Below, in pieces: positions 46,801-59,135 of a DNA stretch of 64,000 nucleotides. The notes under the pieces are model-generated. The model was not told the origin of the DNA. It did not search any database and saw only the letters and a program-made list of their open reading frames with translations. The translations under genes and the position numbers were made by a program. Positions within the stretch are counted from its first letter, which is position 1. The number at the start of each line of letters is the position of its first letter. This DNA comes from Lama glama (Eukaryota): assembly GCA_028534125.1 (NCBI GenBank), contig CM052816.1, positions 5,024,001 to 5,088,000 of the forward strand, written 5' to 3'.

Positions 46801-49800
46801 AGGAGGGTCCAAGTTACCTCCTCACTGTGACCAGCCAGGCTGTGGGGAGTCATTTCTACAGTACAGAAAACCAAGGCCCACTGCAGAGAAACCTAAGGTC
46901 ACAGAGCAAGGAAAGTGACACTCCTAGGATTGGACACTGACAGCTTGCGAATCCTTCTCTCCCCGACCCAGAGGAAGGCAAGGGAAACTGCCACCGAGCA
47001 CAGCTAGCGGTAGTTCCTAACCCCTCACACCCCCGCAGCCCTGTGAGGAACAAGGCACTGCTTCCAGGCCCGCTCACAGTTCCTCCACTCCTGCCTCTGC
47101 CCAGTGAGGTGGGGGAGGGGGTCCAGCTGACACGGATTCTGCCGCCACCACTGCCTGAGCTGCATGCAGCCTAGGACCCAAACTCTGGAAGGCAGAGAAA
47201 CCATTTAAGGGGAGAGGGAGGCAGGCAGGAGTCTGGATTATATCACCCACCTGTGCCCGTCCCTCCCAGGCCAGCCTGGGCGCAGATAGAAAAGCCTGGT
47301 GTATTCTCAGCTGTCATCCAGCCTGGGGGTGGGGTGGAGTCACAGAGGAAGAGCTTGGGGACCAAGGGCCTTTCATCCCATCCCCACTGATCCAATACCA
47401 CCGCCACCCCTCCCCCAGCAGGAACATTCATCTATAGAGTAAAAACAAAAATGCTGTGTTAACCATCCTCACCTTGTTTACCGATTCCTACTGTTGCCAC
47501 CACCTCTCAGAAGCCTCTCTCTGCCCAGCCTTCCCACCCTAATTTTCCCCAGACCTGTAGATGAAAGAGCAGGGGGTTGAAGGATGCCTGTGTGGAAAGG
47601 AGTGGGCAGAGAGGGGGAAACATTCAGGTCAGACCATCCTAAGGCTCCACTCAAAGGAAGCTTCTGCAGAGTCTGCGCCCCTTGGCCTGGGAGGAGGGGC
47701 AGGGGCGCTGGGCTCTGGTCACATGATGCTGCCCGGCCCAGGCCCAGCCCAGTCAACTATCTTTAGCCTGTGGTGACCCAGGCAGCCCAGTGTCCCCACT
47801 CTCCCTGCCCAGACAGGGACCTTGTTGTCCGGGGGTGGCTGTGGTCACACTACTGGTACCAGTTCCTGAAGTCCTGCCCCAGAGCTAATTAATACTCATC
47901 ACAGCTGAAGTACGACAGCCGCCAATGAAGCCCCGGGCCTCCAAGTGCCAGCTCTCTAACCCAGCCTTCCTGAAGAGGACATTGGTTCTATTTAGAATAG
48001 TAATCCTAACAGCCACCTTCGAATGGGTGCTGACTAGGTGCCAAAAGCTGGTGTAAGTTGCTATGTGTGACTTCGCTTAATTGCTGCAAAAAGACATTCC
48101 AGTTGTTCAGAAAATTAAACTGAGGGAAGAGACTTGCCCACGGTCACACAGTATATATTCTGTGTACATTACTCACAGATCTCAGCATAAATTCTTCTCA
48201 AGGAGGCCTTCCCTAACTCCCCAACTAGCAATGCTGGATCAAGTTCTAATTCAGTCTATCATGTGGAGTTCTCAGAGCACTCATTAGCCCCTGAAACAGC
48301 TGCATTCCCACTAGACTAATCAATCACTGAGCCCACAGGCTACCCCTGCAAAGTGCTGAAGTTCTTTACATGCAGTAGCTCATTTATTTTTCACAGCCAT
48401 GCTAGGAGGCAGTAAGATGATGATGACCCAGTCTGTAGATGAGAAAACTGAGGCTCAAAGAGTACACCTGCCCAGTAGGAAGCAGAGCTGGAACTGAAAC
48501 CCAGGTACAGCCTGACTCCACCCTGGGCTTCACTAACATGCCCTATGTGGACGATGACTGGGAGTTTCACGGAGGTGGGGATCTTCTCTACCTTGCTCTC
48601 TGGCCCCTGGAGCCCAGAACTGCAGCCTGTACAAGAATGGCCCACAGTAAGTATTTGCTGAATGAAGAAACTTACACTGGTATGGGTGCTCATCAAAGGA
48701 CTCCCAGAGCATTGTCTTCTGGGACAAGAGGTTAATTACCCCTTTGGATTATGTCTGAATGGCACAGCTGTGCAGCCTGGCAGCTGCAACCCCTGGAGAC
48801 CAGACCTATGCCCTCTTCTTGGAATGGGAATCAGTGTGCTTCAACCCAAACACCAGACATCAGCTGTGGGAAACAGGACAGAGAGGGAGTGCAGCAAACA
48901 AAACAGCACAGGAACTCTCCAGAGGTCCCAGACTTACGCCTCCAGGCCCCAGGACATACCGTAAAGATTACACGGCTGGCTGGCTGGGAAGCACAGGCAC
49001 CAGCTAAGGGGGCATTTAAAGAGCAGTCAGAGCTCCACCCATGAACACAGGCTTACGTTGCTAGAGCTTCTGAATTTTCAAGAAAACTAGAAAAATAAAA
49101 TTGATATGGGAGAGAAATTTCCCACTTTCTAAATACTGTTAACGGGTTCACATTAAAAAAAACCAAAAAACACAAAACACCCTTCTTTAAGCCATGTTCA
49201 GTCTGTGGGCTCCCAAGCACTCTCTCAGGTCATGAGAGGCAGGCCAATCCTCAAGGCAGCCTGTGTGCTCTGCTGCCCTCACCCGCCCCGCCTCCTCATC
49301 CTGAAGCGGAAGACTGCAGACATCAAAGCTGGTGCTCTCTCATCCTTTTGGGCACCCACCACCCTCAGGAAACGCAAACTCATTTTTACTGTCCCAAATC
49401 TAGGACATTCTCTGCTGCAAGAGGCTTCTGAATCCCCAAGAAATTAAATTACTTTGGATTATCTCTGTTATTGGACTGGAGAAGCTGGAAGGGATCTGAG
49501 AACTCATTCTACTGTAGATAGGAAAACTGAGGCCCAGGAGGGACTAGGCTATGCCCAAAGTAACCAGTAAATTGTTGTGGAGCTGGCACTGAAAAATCAC
49601 GTTTCTGCCTCCCAACCCAGAGCTTTTCCCACAAGTCAGGAAGTCAATTTTCCCACTCAGCAGAATAGGCTCTGTGCGCAACTACACCCACTCACAGGGT
49701 AGGGGACAGGGCCTCAAGGGACCAAAGCATTCCAGGTACTGCTCCCGTAAGTACTGATGGTGCTGTAATAGAGTCCCGGAAAGTTTCTCTGATTCTGACA

Positions 49801-50796
49801 TGGAACTGGAACTCATGACAGAAAAGGAGGGGTGCTCTGGTTGAAGTGGATGGGACTCCACCGGCGACTTTACTTCTTCACACTTCTCCAGGGAGGCTCT
49901 CGGCTCCTCTGGAAGGCATGGAGGACCTGACCAACCATCTATGCAGTGTGGCAGACTGGGCACCCCCACAAGCCTCAGTTTCCTGCTCTCCGGTCCTAAT
50001 GGCTCTAGCCATGCAGGCTGGGGACACTTGGTAACCGGAAAACAGCAACAGAAAATGGGAGAGACTCATCAAATGGCTCAGAAGCACAAGGGGAGTTGGG
50101 AGTTCTTGGGGTAAAGACTAACTCCCCCAATTCAGTCCAGCCAGATATAGGCCTTGCTTCCCAGAAGCAGCTGATCTGGCTCTGCTGCTGAGTTTGGGCC
50201 AGCCTTGGAGGCCTCTTCAGTGCTCATACCATACCCTAACTGGGAAAGAGCAGAGCCCTGGGACGCCATGGATATGAAGACAGGGTGTCCACCTGCGGGT
50301 TCCCCACCCTTGCTCACAGTTGCCCTATTACATCTCTCCCTCTTCAGCAAATGTAGAGGGGATCTGACCCCTACCCAAAACCCACCTCCTCCACCACCAA
50401 TTTACTAGGCCGCTGGACTAAGAGACAAGACAGAACGTGGACTCTGGAGTCGATATGAGAATGTTCTAACCACCAGCTGCCATCAATTAAGTACTTCACA
50501 AGGCCAGGCGAAATGGTCAAATCTGACCAGTCTCTCATGCAGCTCATAACCTGACTGGCATTAACTGAGCCACAGGTTCATCAGGAGGCAGAAAGGCAGC
50601 TTACATGGACAATACTAGAGCCAGACTTCACCTCCTGTTTACTGAAACTATGAAAGGGGTTCATGATAGCTGCTTGTCACAGGATTGTTTAAGAACTTAA
50701 ATGAAGTCCCAGTTAAACAGAGCATGGTAGGTGGGTTTTTTTCTTAAATCTCTTTGAAGCAATTCTTCAATCTGTATGGGGCTTCAAAAAAAGGAC

Positions 50797-50966
50797 TATG
50801 GTTGCCAGATTAAGCAAATTTCAGATAAACAAGTCATTTCTTAGATTAAGTATGTCCCATGCAATATTTGGGACACCTTATACTAAAAGATTATTTGCTG
50901 CTTATCTGAAATTCAAATTTAACTAGGCATCCTATCCTGTACTTTTACTTGCTAAACCTGGTCATA
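50797..50966. mobile_element. MER53 palindromic hAT MITE
   Basis: ggttgccagattaagcaaat...tttcagataaacaa...taagtatgtcccatgcaatatttgggac...ttatctgaaattcaaatttaact matches the recalled MER53 consensus; left arm partly deleted. Confidence 0.85.
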
Positions 50967-51522
50967 GCAGGAAGGAAGGACCATTGCCCCCATGTTCCAT
51001 GACAGTGGGGCAGTGACGTCCAGGACCCAGAGCTAGTAGTTGGGAGACTGATGCCAGTCCTGGCGCAAACACCACAGCCCTTGCTTGACGAATTCCCCTC
51101 TGAGTGCCTTCAGTTTCTCCACTCAGAGGCCTGTGGTTGGGGTGGGGGTATCCTGTCATCTGCAATCCTAACATCCTTTGATTTTACCCCTACATTCATT
51201 GATAATGCTAATCACAACTTAAGATGAAACCACTTTCCAGGGATACAAACTACCTACGAAACCACTGCTACAAAAGCCTTTAGTCCTAAGATTCCAGGAT
51301 GCAAAAGAATTATTCATCTTCTGAGGAGCTTGTCAAAATGCAGATTCCTGGGTCCCATCCTCCAGAGATTTTTGCTCAGGAATGGTGTGGCCAAGAATCT
51401 GCTTAGGAATTCTAAGGTAGGTTTTCTCTGAACACACCTGGAGTTATTTTGATAAACCCAATGAGTTTCAACTGTTAATTCTGATAGAGGTTACTCAGAA
51501 CCATAGTATCACATCTGGTATT

Positions 51523-52653
51523 TTTTAAAATTTTTATTGAAATATAGTTGATTTACAATATTGTGTTAGTTTCAGCTGTATAGCAAAGTAATTCAGCTAT
51601 TTTTTTTTCAGATTATTTTCCATCATAGGTTATTACAAGATATTGAATATAGTTCCCTCTGCTATCCAGTAAATCCCTGTTGCTTATCTATTTCATATAC
51701 AGTAATGTGTATGTTAATCTTATACTCCTACTTTGTCTCTCCCCCGTTTCCCCTTGTTTGTTTTCTATGTCAGTCTGTTTCTGTTTTACAAATAAATTCA
51801 TTTGCTTTATTTTTTACATTCTATATATAAGTGACTTCATATAATATTTGTCTTTCTCTGTCTGTCTTACTTCACTTGGTGTATCTCTAGGTCCATCCAG
51901 GTTGCTGCAAATAGCAGTATTTCATTCTTTTTTATGGCTGAGTAATATTCCACTCTCTCTCTAGGTACCACATCTTCTTTACCCGCTCATCTCTTGGCAG
52001 ACATTTAGGTTGCTTCCATGTCTTTTAAATAGTGCTATTGTAAACAGTGCTGCTATGAACACTGGAGTGCAGGTTTCTTTTCAAATTAAGACTTTTCTCC
52101 AGATATATGCCCAGGAGTGGAATTGCAAGATCACATGGCAAGTCTATTTTCAGTTTTTTAAGGAACTGCCATACTGCTTTCCATAATGGCCACACCAATT
52201 TACATTCCCACCAACAGTACAGGAGGGTTCCTTTTTCTCCACACCCTCTCCAGCATTTGTTATTTATGGACTTTCTGAGGATGGCCATTCTAACTGGAGT
52301 GAGGTGATACCTCTTTCTGGTTTTAATTTGTGTTTCTCTAACAATTAGCAATGTTGAGCATCTTTTCATTTACCTGGTGGCCATCTGTATGTCTTTACTA
52401 GAGAAATATAGCTTTTGGTCTTCTGTCCATCTCTTGATTGGGTTGTTTTATTGATACTGAGTTGTATGAACTATTTACATAGTTTGGAAATTAATCCTGT
52501 ATTGGCTGCATCATTTACAAGTATTCTCTCCGATTCTGTATTGTCTTTTTGTTTTGTCAATGGTTTCCTTTGCTGTGCAAAAACTTTTAAGTTTGACTAA
52601 CTTCCATATGTTTATTTTTGCTTTTATTTCTTTTGCCTTGGGACACTGATCTA
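51523..52653 (-). mobile_element. 5'-truncated L1 (ORF2 C-terminus plus 3'UTR)
   Basis: ORF 52025..52369 encodes the L1 ORF2p C-terminal [30 protein letters not shown]; putative TSD cacatctggtatt / cacatttagtatt. Confidence 0.92.
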
Positions 52654-52682
52654 CACATTTAGTATTCAGAACTGTGCTTCTT

Positions 52683-53524
52683 TTTTTTTTAAACATTTTT
52701 TATTGATTTATAATCATTTTACAATGTTGTGTCAAATTCCAGTGTTCAGCACAATTTTTCAGTCATTCATGGACATATACACACTCATTGTCACATTTTT
52801 TTCTCTGTGATTTATCATAACATTTNNNNNNNNNNNNNNNNNNNNNNNNNNNNNNNNNNNNNNNNNNNNNNNNNNNNNNNNNNNNNNNNNNNNNNNNNNN
52901 NNNNNNNNNNNNNNNNNNNNNNNNNNNNNNNNNNNNNNNNNNNNNNNNNNNNNNNNNNNNNNNNNNNNNNNNNNNNNNNNNNNNNNNNNNNNNNNNNNNN
53001 NNNNNNNNNNNNNNNNNNNNNNNNNNNNNNNNNNNNNNNNNNNNNNNNNNNNNNNNNNNNNNNNNNNNNNNNNNNNNNNNNNNNNNNNNNNNNNNNNNNN
53101 NNNNNNNNNNNNNNNNNNNNNNNNNNNNNNNNNNNNNNNNNNNNNNNNNNNNNNNNNNNNNNNNNNNNNNNNNNNNNNNNNNNNNNNNNNNNNNNNNNNN
53201 NNNNNNNNNNNNNNNNNNNNNNNNNNNNNNNNNNNNNNNNNNNNNNNNNNNNNNNNNNNNNNNNNNNNNNNNNNNNNNNNNNNNNNNNNNNNNNNNNNNN
53301 NNNNNNNNNNNNNNNNNNNNNNNNNAGGCTGTTTCCATGTTTTGGCTATTGTAAATAGTGCTGCTATGAACATTGGGGTGCAGGTGTCATCCTGAAGTAG
53401 ATTTCCTTCTGGGTACAAGCCCAGGAGTGGGATTCCTGGGTCATATGGTAAGTCTATTCCTAGTCTTTTGAGGAATCTCCACACTGTTTTCCATAGTGGC
53501 TGCACCAAACTGCATTCCCACCAG
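52683..53524 (-). mobile_element. Young 5'-truncated L1 spanning the assembly gap
   Basis: Poly-T tail; ORF2 peptide [32 protein letters not shown]; perfect 15-bp TSD agaactgtgcttctt at 52668-52682 and 53525-53539. Confidence 0.92.
52826..53325. other. Assembly gap (500 N)
   Basis: Read directly. Confidence 1.
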
Positions 53525-55382
53525 AGAACTGTGCTTCTTAAATTGGTAGCAGGTAAATGGGTTCTTGTTTCAGTGTTCTTTTACTCCACATTTATGTTTT
53601 TTTGTATTTAGTATTTAATAATTTCTTGAAAAGAAAAATAAACAGCAGAACTATTCTGGCAGAAACAGAACCTAAGCCCCCTTTCTACTTTACCTCCCAC
53701 TCAGATGGATTTCCTGAGCAGAAGGCTGTATGAAAAACTCTTCACAGCAGTGAAAACAGGAACAGGTGAGCTAGCGGGCTTGCAATACCACTTCAGTAAT
53801 CTAAGTTAAAATGCAGATTCCTGCCTCCCCCAAGCTCCAGGAATCAGTTTGGGCATCTGCGGTTTTAACAAGACTCCTGTGCAATGCTGATGCCAATTAA
53901 TGTTTGAGAACTGAACTGCCGATGAGTGAGACTGGCAGGAAGGGACCCTGCTCTCCAAGTCCCAGTCCAGGGTCTCCCGTTTGCAGACAGGAATTAACTA
54001 GCTCATTAAGAGTAGGAGTGTTTTAATTACACACACAGACAGCAGCCAGGGGAGGGCTGCATGAGGAGCTCAACCACTCTTACCCACCATACAATCTCCA
54101 GCATCAGGAACCAAGACTGGCAGACCAAGCCACAAGCTGAGTGTCCTGACAGACGTGAGGTCGCAAAAAATCAGTCTAAGCTGGGTTCACGGCTTTGTTT
54201 CACAAAGGGCTTCCAACTATGGCTGTGCCATTAGAAGAATGAAGTTTCTGAAGGGAACTGCCTGCCTCCTCCTTAGAGCCAAAGAGCCCCCACTCTTCCC
54301 CAAAGCCTGGCTGTCTGCTCACCCAATGCCCTGAAGTCTGGGTCCGTTAAATAACGGCTACCACTCAGTAAGCATTTGCCTCAGGCCTCCTGCTGCAGGT
54401 TTTGGGCATTTTAAAAAATCCTCACAATGTCGGAGCTATCCCAATTTTAGAAGAGACTCAGGCCAGGTGCCTAGCTAAAGGTCACATCCTGAGACAGTAG
54501 CTGACCCCAAGGATCTGGAAGTGCGGGCTACCCTAGGCGTCTCAGCACTGCGGGAGACAGACACTATGCTCTTTACGTCCCCAAAGGGCTCCAGCTCAAG
54601 CAGATTCTGCACGGGACTGAAGCCATCAGCACCAGAATCCAATTCTCTGAGCCTGTTAGTTCACCTGCCAGGCAAGGATAATGCCACTCAGCACAGGAAA
54701 CAAGGGCAAAGGACAGTCAGGAATCAAAGCACTGTTTATTGTGAAGACAACGCTCTAGGGCCACCTGCAACCCAAAGGCCTGGGCTCTGGCCAGCACCAA
54801 GCCCAGGAGAATTTTTGGCTCCTCCAGCAGATCAGAAAGGAGAAGATGAAAGAAACTGCAGAGACCTTATAGGACAGAGTACAGGCAGGAGAGGTGAACA
54901 GAACATAAACCACCCTTTCAGATAAATTACCTTTCCTTATCCTTGGTGACCACGGCTGATCAGCTCATAAGGTACTTCTAACCTATCACTGAAGCTAAGT
55001 CTCAAAATCTCAGTCTGAGGTATGAAGGGTAGACATGGTTCTCCCCTTATTACAGAATGAGACAGAACTGAGACACAATGAGCTTCCTGGCTTGTCCCAA
55101 GAATATCAACTTGTTTTTGGAAATGCCAACCCTGGGTCTCTGCCACTCTATCATGGAACTTGACATGAAGGGTCTATGTGACAAGCACTGGGGAAGTAAT
55201 GGGAAACAAGACAGTCCCTATCCTTTGAGGGCTCAGCTCATGTAACACCTTGATCTTAACTCCACCTGTAATTGTAACTGGTTGAACTCAGCTGCTTGAG
55301 ATGCTGTACTGAGGATTCTGAGACAGGATCAATTAGTAACATGTGCTGTGGTCAGAAGGGACAGCAGCCAAAACATATTTAC

Positions 55383-55600
55383 TAATACGTATAAAATAGA
55401 TGAACAAATTCATTCTGTTCAGCACAGGGAACCATATTCAATATCTTGTAGTAACTTACAGTGAAAAAGAATATGAAAATGAATATATGTATAATCCTGT
55501 ATGACTGAAGTATTGTGCTGTACACCAGAAACTGACACAATACTGTAAACTGATTATACTTCAACTATATATATGTTAGAATATGAAAACAAAACAACAA
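55383..55600 (+). mobile_element. Short L1 3' end with TSD
   Basis: agcacagggaaccatattcaatatcttgtagtaac...tgtgctgtacaccagaaactgacacaa plus A tail; flanks aaaacatatttac / aaaaagtatttac. Confidence 0.85.
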
Positions 55601-55982
55601 AAAAAGTATTTACAATTCCAGTTTGGCAATGACTGAAAAATGTTCTTCATCTCAACAACTTTCTAGCCCATACTATGTACTGTGGATACAGAAGTGGGTA
55701 ACACTGACAAGGGTCAGCCCATGAGACTAATGACTAACAGGAGAGCTGGGTGGTGGTGGGTTCAATGCACTTTCCCTCCAGGGATCACTCTGTCCTCACC
55801 CCAAGAAAGACCTGCAACCCTTAGGCCTAGGGTCTTCCAGAGAGATTAAAGCAAGGCCCAGGAAGAACAAAATGCAGAAAGAAACACAGATGAGAATTAT
55901 GGAATGGGGGCCTCTGTGGAGAGCACTGGGCTGCTACTTCCCCAAGGTCAGCCTGGCTCACCCTACACCCCCACCAGCAGCA

Positions 55983-56174
55983 GGGCGGTGCAGTGGTTAA
56001 GAGAGACCCTGGGCTCCAGAGCTCTGGCTCTGCCACTTCTATCTCAGTGATTTCTGTAAATGAGAAGAGCTTCTAACCTACTGAGATTCTGAGGATTAAG
56101 TGAGCTGATATTTGTAAAGTGCTTGGAAAAGTGCCTAGCGCACAGAAAGTACTCAATACTTGTTAGCTATTATT
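55983..56174 (+). mobile_element. MIR SINE
   Basis: gcagtggttaagag...ctggctctgccactt...gaggattaagtgag...tgtaaagtgcttgg..agtgcctagc..gttagctattatt. Confidence 0.8.
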
Positions 56175-58585
56175 GTGGAAGTTTATAGGTATCTCTGAGT
56201 TATATGATTGAGGCCACTGACAATTTTTCCCACCCTATCTCAAGCTCATTGGTGACCTTATTAAGCACCTAATCCTGGATGTTGCTTAGTGCTCCTCATC
56301 CCTCTCAGAACCATGCTTTAAGCTCTGTCTTGAAGAGCTCATCAGTAAGGCAGAGGAGAAGGGTGGGCCTGTTTTTCAGGACATTTTGAGCACTTCTGAG
56401 CAATACTTCCATTTGGGCAGGCCTTCCCTGGCTTTCTAGGGGCTCGGGGGTGTCAACGGCTGGCCCAGTGTGGTGGAGGGAAGAAAGCTGAAGGCTTATA
56501 CCGGGAGGACCAGGTTTGACAGCATCTGTACAAGGTCTGCACTGGGGCTTGTGCTGCCAGGCCTAGTCCCTCTTCTAAGCGCTGCTCCTTCAGCACCAAC
56601 CATTCGAAGGGCCTCCCATTTCTTTCCCTGAAGGAACAAGGCAGAAAGAGAGAACTAGCATGGGTACCCTGATTCCTTTGGTGCCACCTGAAAGACTTTG
56701 GCTAATAGATAGCCTCAGTTTCCTGCAAAATGAGAAGCGACCAGATGGCTTCTAAAGCTCCTCTGGACCCTGGCCTTCCTCAACTCTAGGATCTCCAAAG
56801 AGCTGCCACCACAGAGGGGCAGTGGCGTGGTAATGCAACTTAGCAAGTGTGACAGGGAAAACCTGGAATGGCAGAGAACATCCCAGAGCAACTACAAGCC
56901 CAGCTGCAGCCAATGGAGAGCTCTAGCAGCCTCTCCACTCCCAGCTAGGAGTCTGGCACTCCCAGGCTGCCACTGCCCTCAAACCTCTCCTTCTCCATAC
57001 TCAGCAAGAGCCTCCCGCTCAGCAGATAAACTGCTATGCCCACAGTTCCTGGATAGACAGGTTGGCAAAGTCAAATATCTTTAAAAAATAAAAATCGTGA
57101 AGCTACTATTGAGCCCTTAATAAGTATGAAAAGTGCCTTCTTTGCAATATCTTACTTAATAGGAAGACTGATGCTTATCTCCTTTTTACTCTCCTAAATT
57201 TTTTCCTTGTTAGTTGTGCTTTAAGGGGACTGGCTCTGCCAGTTTTTAACTCTGAAACTGGGCAGGTCCCTTAATCTCCATGAGCCTATAGAGAAAGAAT
57301 TTCTCCATAAAAGGGGTCAATTACCACCCACCTCAAGGGCACTGTGAGATATGAATAAAGTGTTTTGTAAAGTCTCAAAAGGCTATTCCAAAGGCAGTAC
57401 CAACCCTTTCAATCCAAGGATATGATGAGTGACTAGATCCCAGAAGATAACAAAGGATGGTGGCTTAGAATCCTTAGCTGTGGCAGGCCACCTTGGACAG
57501 TGTCCCACCTCAGAGCAATAGAGTGCCCAGGAGTACAAACCAAGCCACTTCCTTGTTACCTGAAGCAGGCCCCTCCTAGCCTGTGGAGACTTGGCTCAAG
57601 GCTGCTGGGTGCTACAGTGATGGGGGAGGAAGGCTGGCTTCCGTGGATCCAATCATCAGTAATCTGGTCACCTTTACCTGAAGGCCAATCCAAGGTCTGC
57701 TGCTCATCCCAGCCCTCCTATGAAGGGGCAGGGGATGGCCAGCAGCAGACTACTAATATACTTAGAAGGCAGCCCCATTTTACAGGCTGAAAAACCAAGG
57801 CACAGATTTGGGTGTGGGGAAAGAAGGGGAGGAAGAAAAAGAAACCAAATCTCAGACCTGCTAAGGAATGAAGTTCTTGCCACAAAAGTGGCCTGGTGTG
57901 AGGCACATGTGTCCTTGCTGTTCTGGAGGGTCGGGGAGGCACCATTTGATAAACTAATCGATCATTTAAGGTTTCTAAGTCCTGACCTCACCCAGGGCAA
58001 CCCATGTCCCTTTCTGCACCTACTCTAGCCTAGTTAGTCTTTTTCCTATTACTGGCCAGCCTCCACTGGGGATGTGCTGTGGGCTTGGGGGCACCCTAGG
58101 ACAAACACAAGTACAGGCTTCTGCCCAACCCTCACTAGTTTCCTCTTTGTACTTGTGTATGTTTTAAACACTGCATCCCTGTATGGCGCGCCTGCTCCCC
58201 TCGGCAAAGGGTGGTGTGCATGCATGCAGTACCATGTGAATTCTGAAACAGGCTCAGTGGTTGCAGACAAACTCCAGGAGCCTGCAGGGGGCAGTGGAAA
58301 AGCAGAGACCTCAGGCAGAGAGCTGGGGTGTGTGAGTCTGCACTGGCAACTACGTAGTACTTGGCCAGTTTCTTCACCTTTCTTATCAGGACAATGTGAC
58401 CTTCCTTACCAAGGCTGCTTTGAAGGTTATAAAAACCTGTGCCCCCGAAAGCCTATGTTTCTAAGTGGGGGAAAAAATTTGGCTCACAAAATATTATGAT
58501 CTCACTTTTTAAGTGTGTGTCTATATATAATATATACAAAACATACATATGGGTCTGTGTATGCATGACTCACAAAGTCTAGAAA

Positions 58586-59135
58586 TGTGCTGTCCAATTC
58601 AGAAGTCATTAGCCACATGTGGATACTGGACACTTGTAATGTGACTAGTTTGAATTCAGAAGTGCTTTAAATGTAAAAGACATATCAGATTTCAAAGCCT
58701 AAGCACAAACAATAATTTTTATATTGATTATATGTTGGAATGAAATCCTGATTATTTTGGGTTATATTTAAGTTGATTTCACCTGTCTCTACTTTTTAAA
58801 AATATGACTACTAGAAAATTTTTCATTAAATACGTGACTTGCATTATATCTCTTTTTTTTTTAACTGAAGTATAGCTGACTTACAATGTTATGTTAGTTT
58901 CTGGTATACAGCAGTGATTCAGTAACACATATATTAGTTTTCACATTCTTTTTCATTACAGGTTATTACTAGCTATTGAATATATAGCTTGTAATAACCT
59001 ATATACAACTTGTACAGCCTGTGCTCTACAGCAGGACCTTGCTGTTTATCTGCTTTATATACAGTAGTTTGTATCTGTAGATCCTGAACTCGCAATGTGT
59101 CCTTCCCCTCCTTGCACTGTATTTAGGTAGCACTG
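58586..59135. mobile_element. MER3/MER33-like hAT MITE interrupted by a minus-strand L1 3' end (~58852-59111)
   Basis: gtgctgtccaat..agccacatgtggatactggacacttgtaatgtgactagt; inserted L1 tail ttttttaactgaagtatagctgacttacaatgtt with degenerate TSD ttgcattatatct / ttgcactgtattt. Confidence 0.7.

Noticed and set aside
52025..52369. 114-aa Cys/Trp-rich protein
   Set aside because: C-terminal fragment of L1 ORF2p in a truncated element, not a host gene.
52729..53508. Long ORFs of 191-249 aa
   Set aside because: Artefacts of translating through the 500-N gap; the real residues are L1 sequence.
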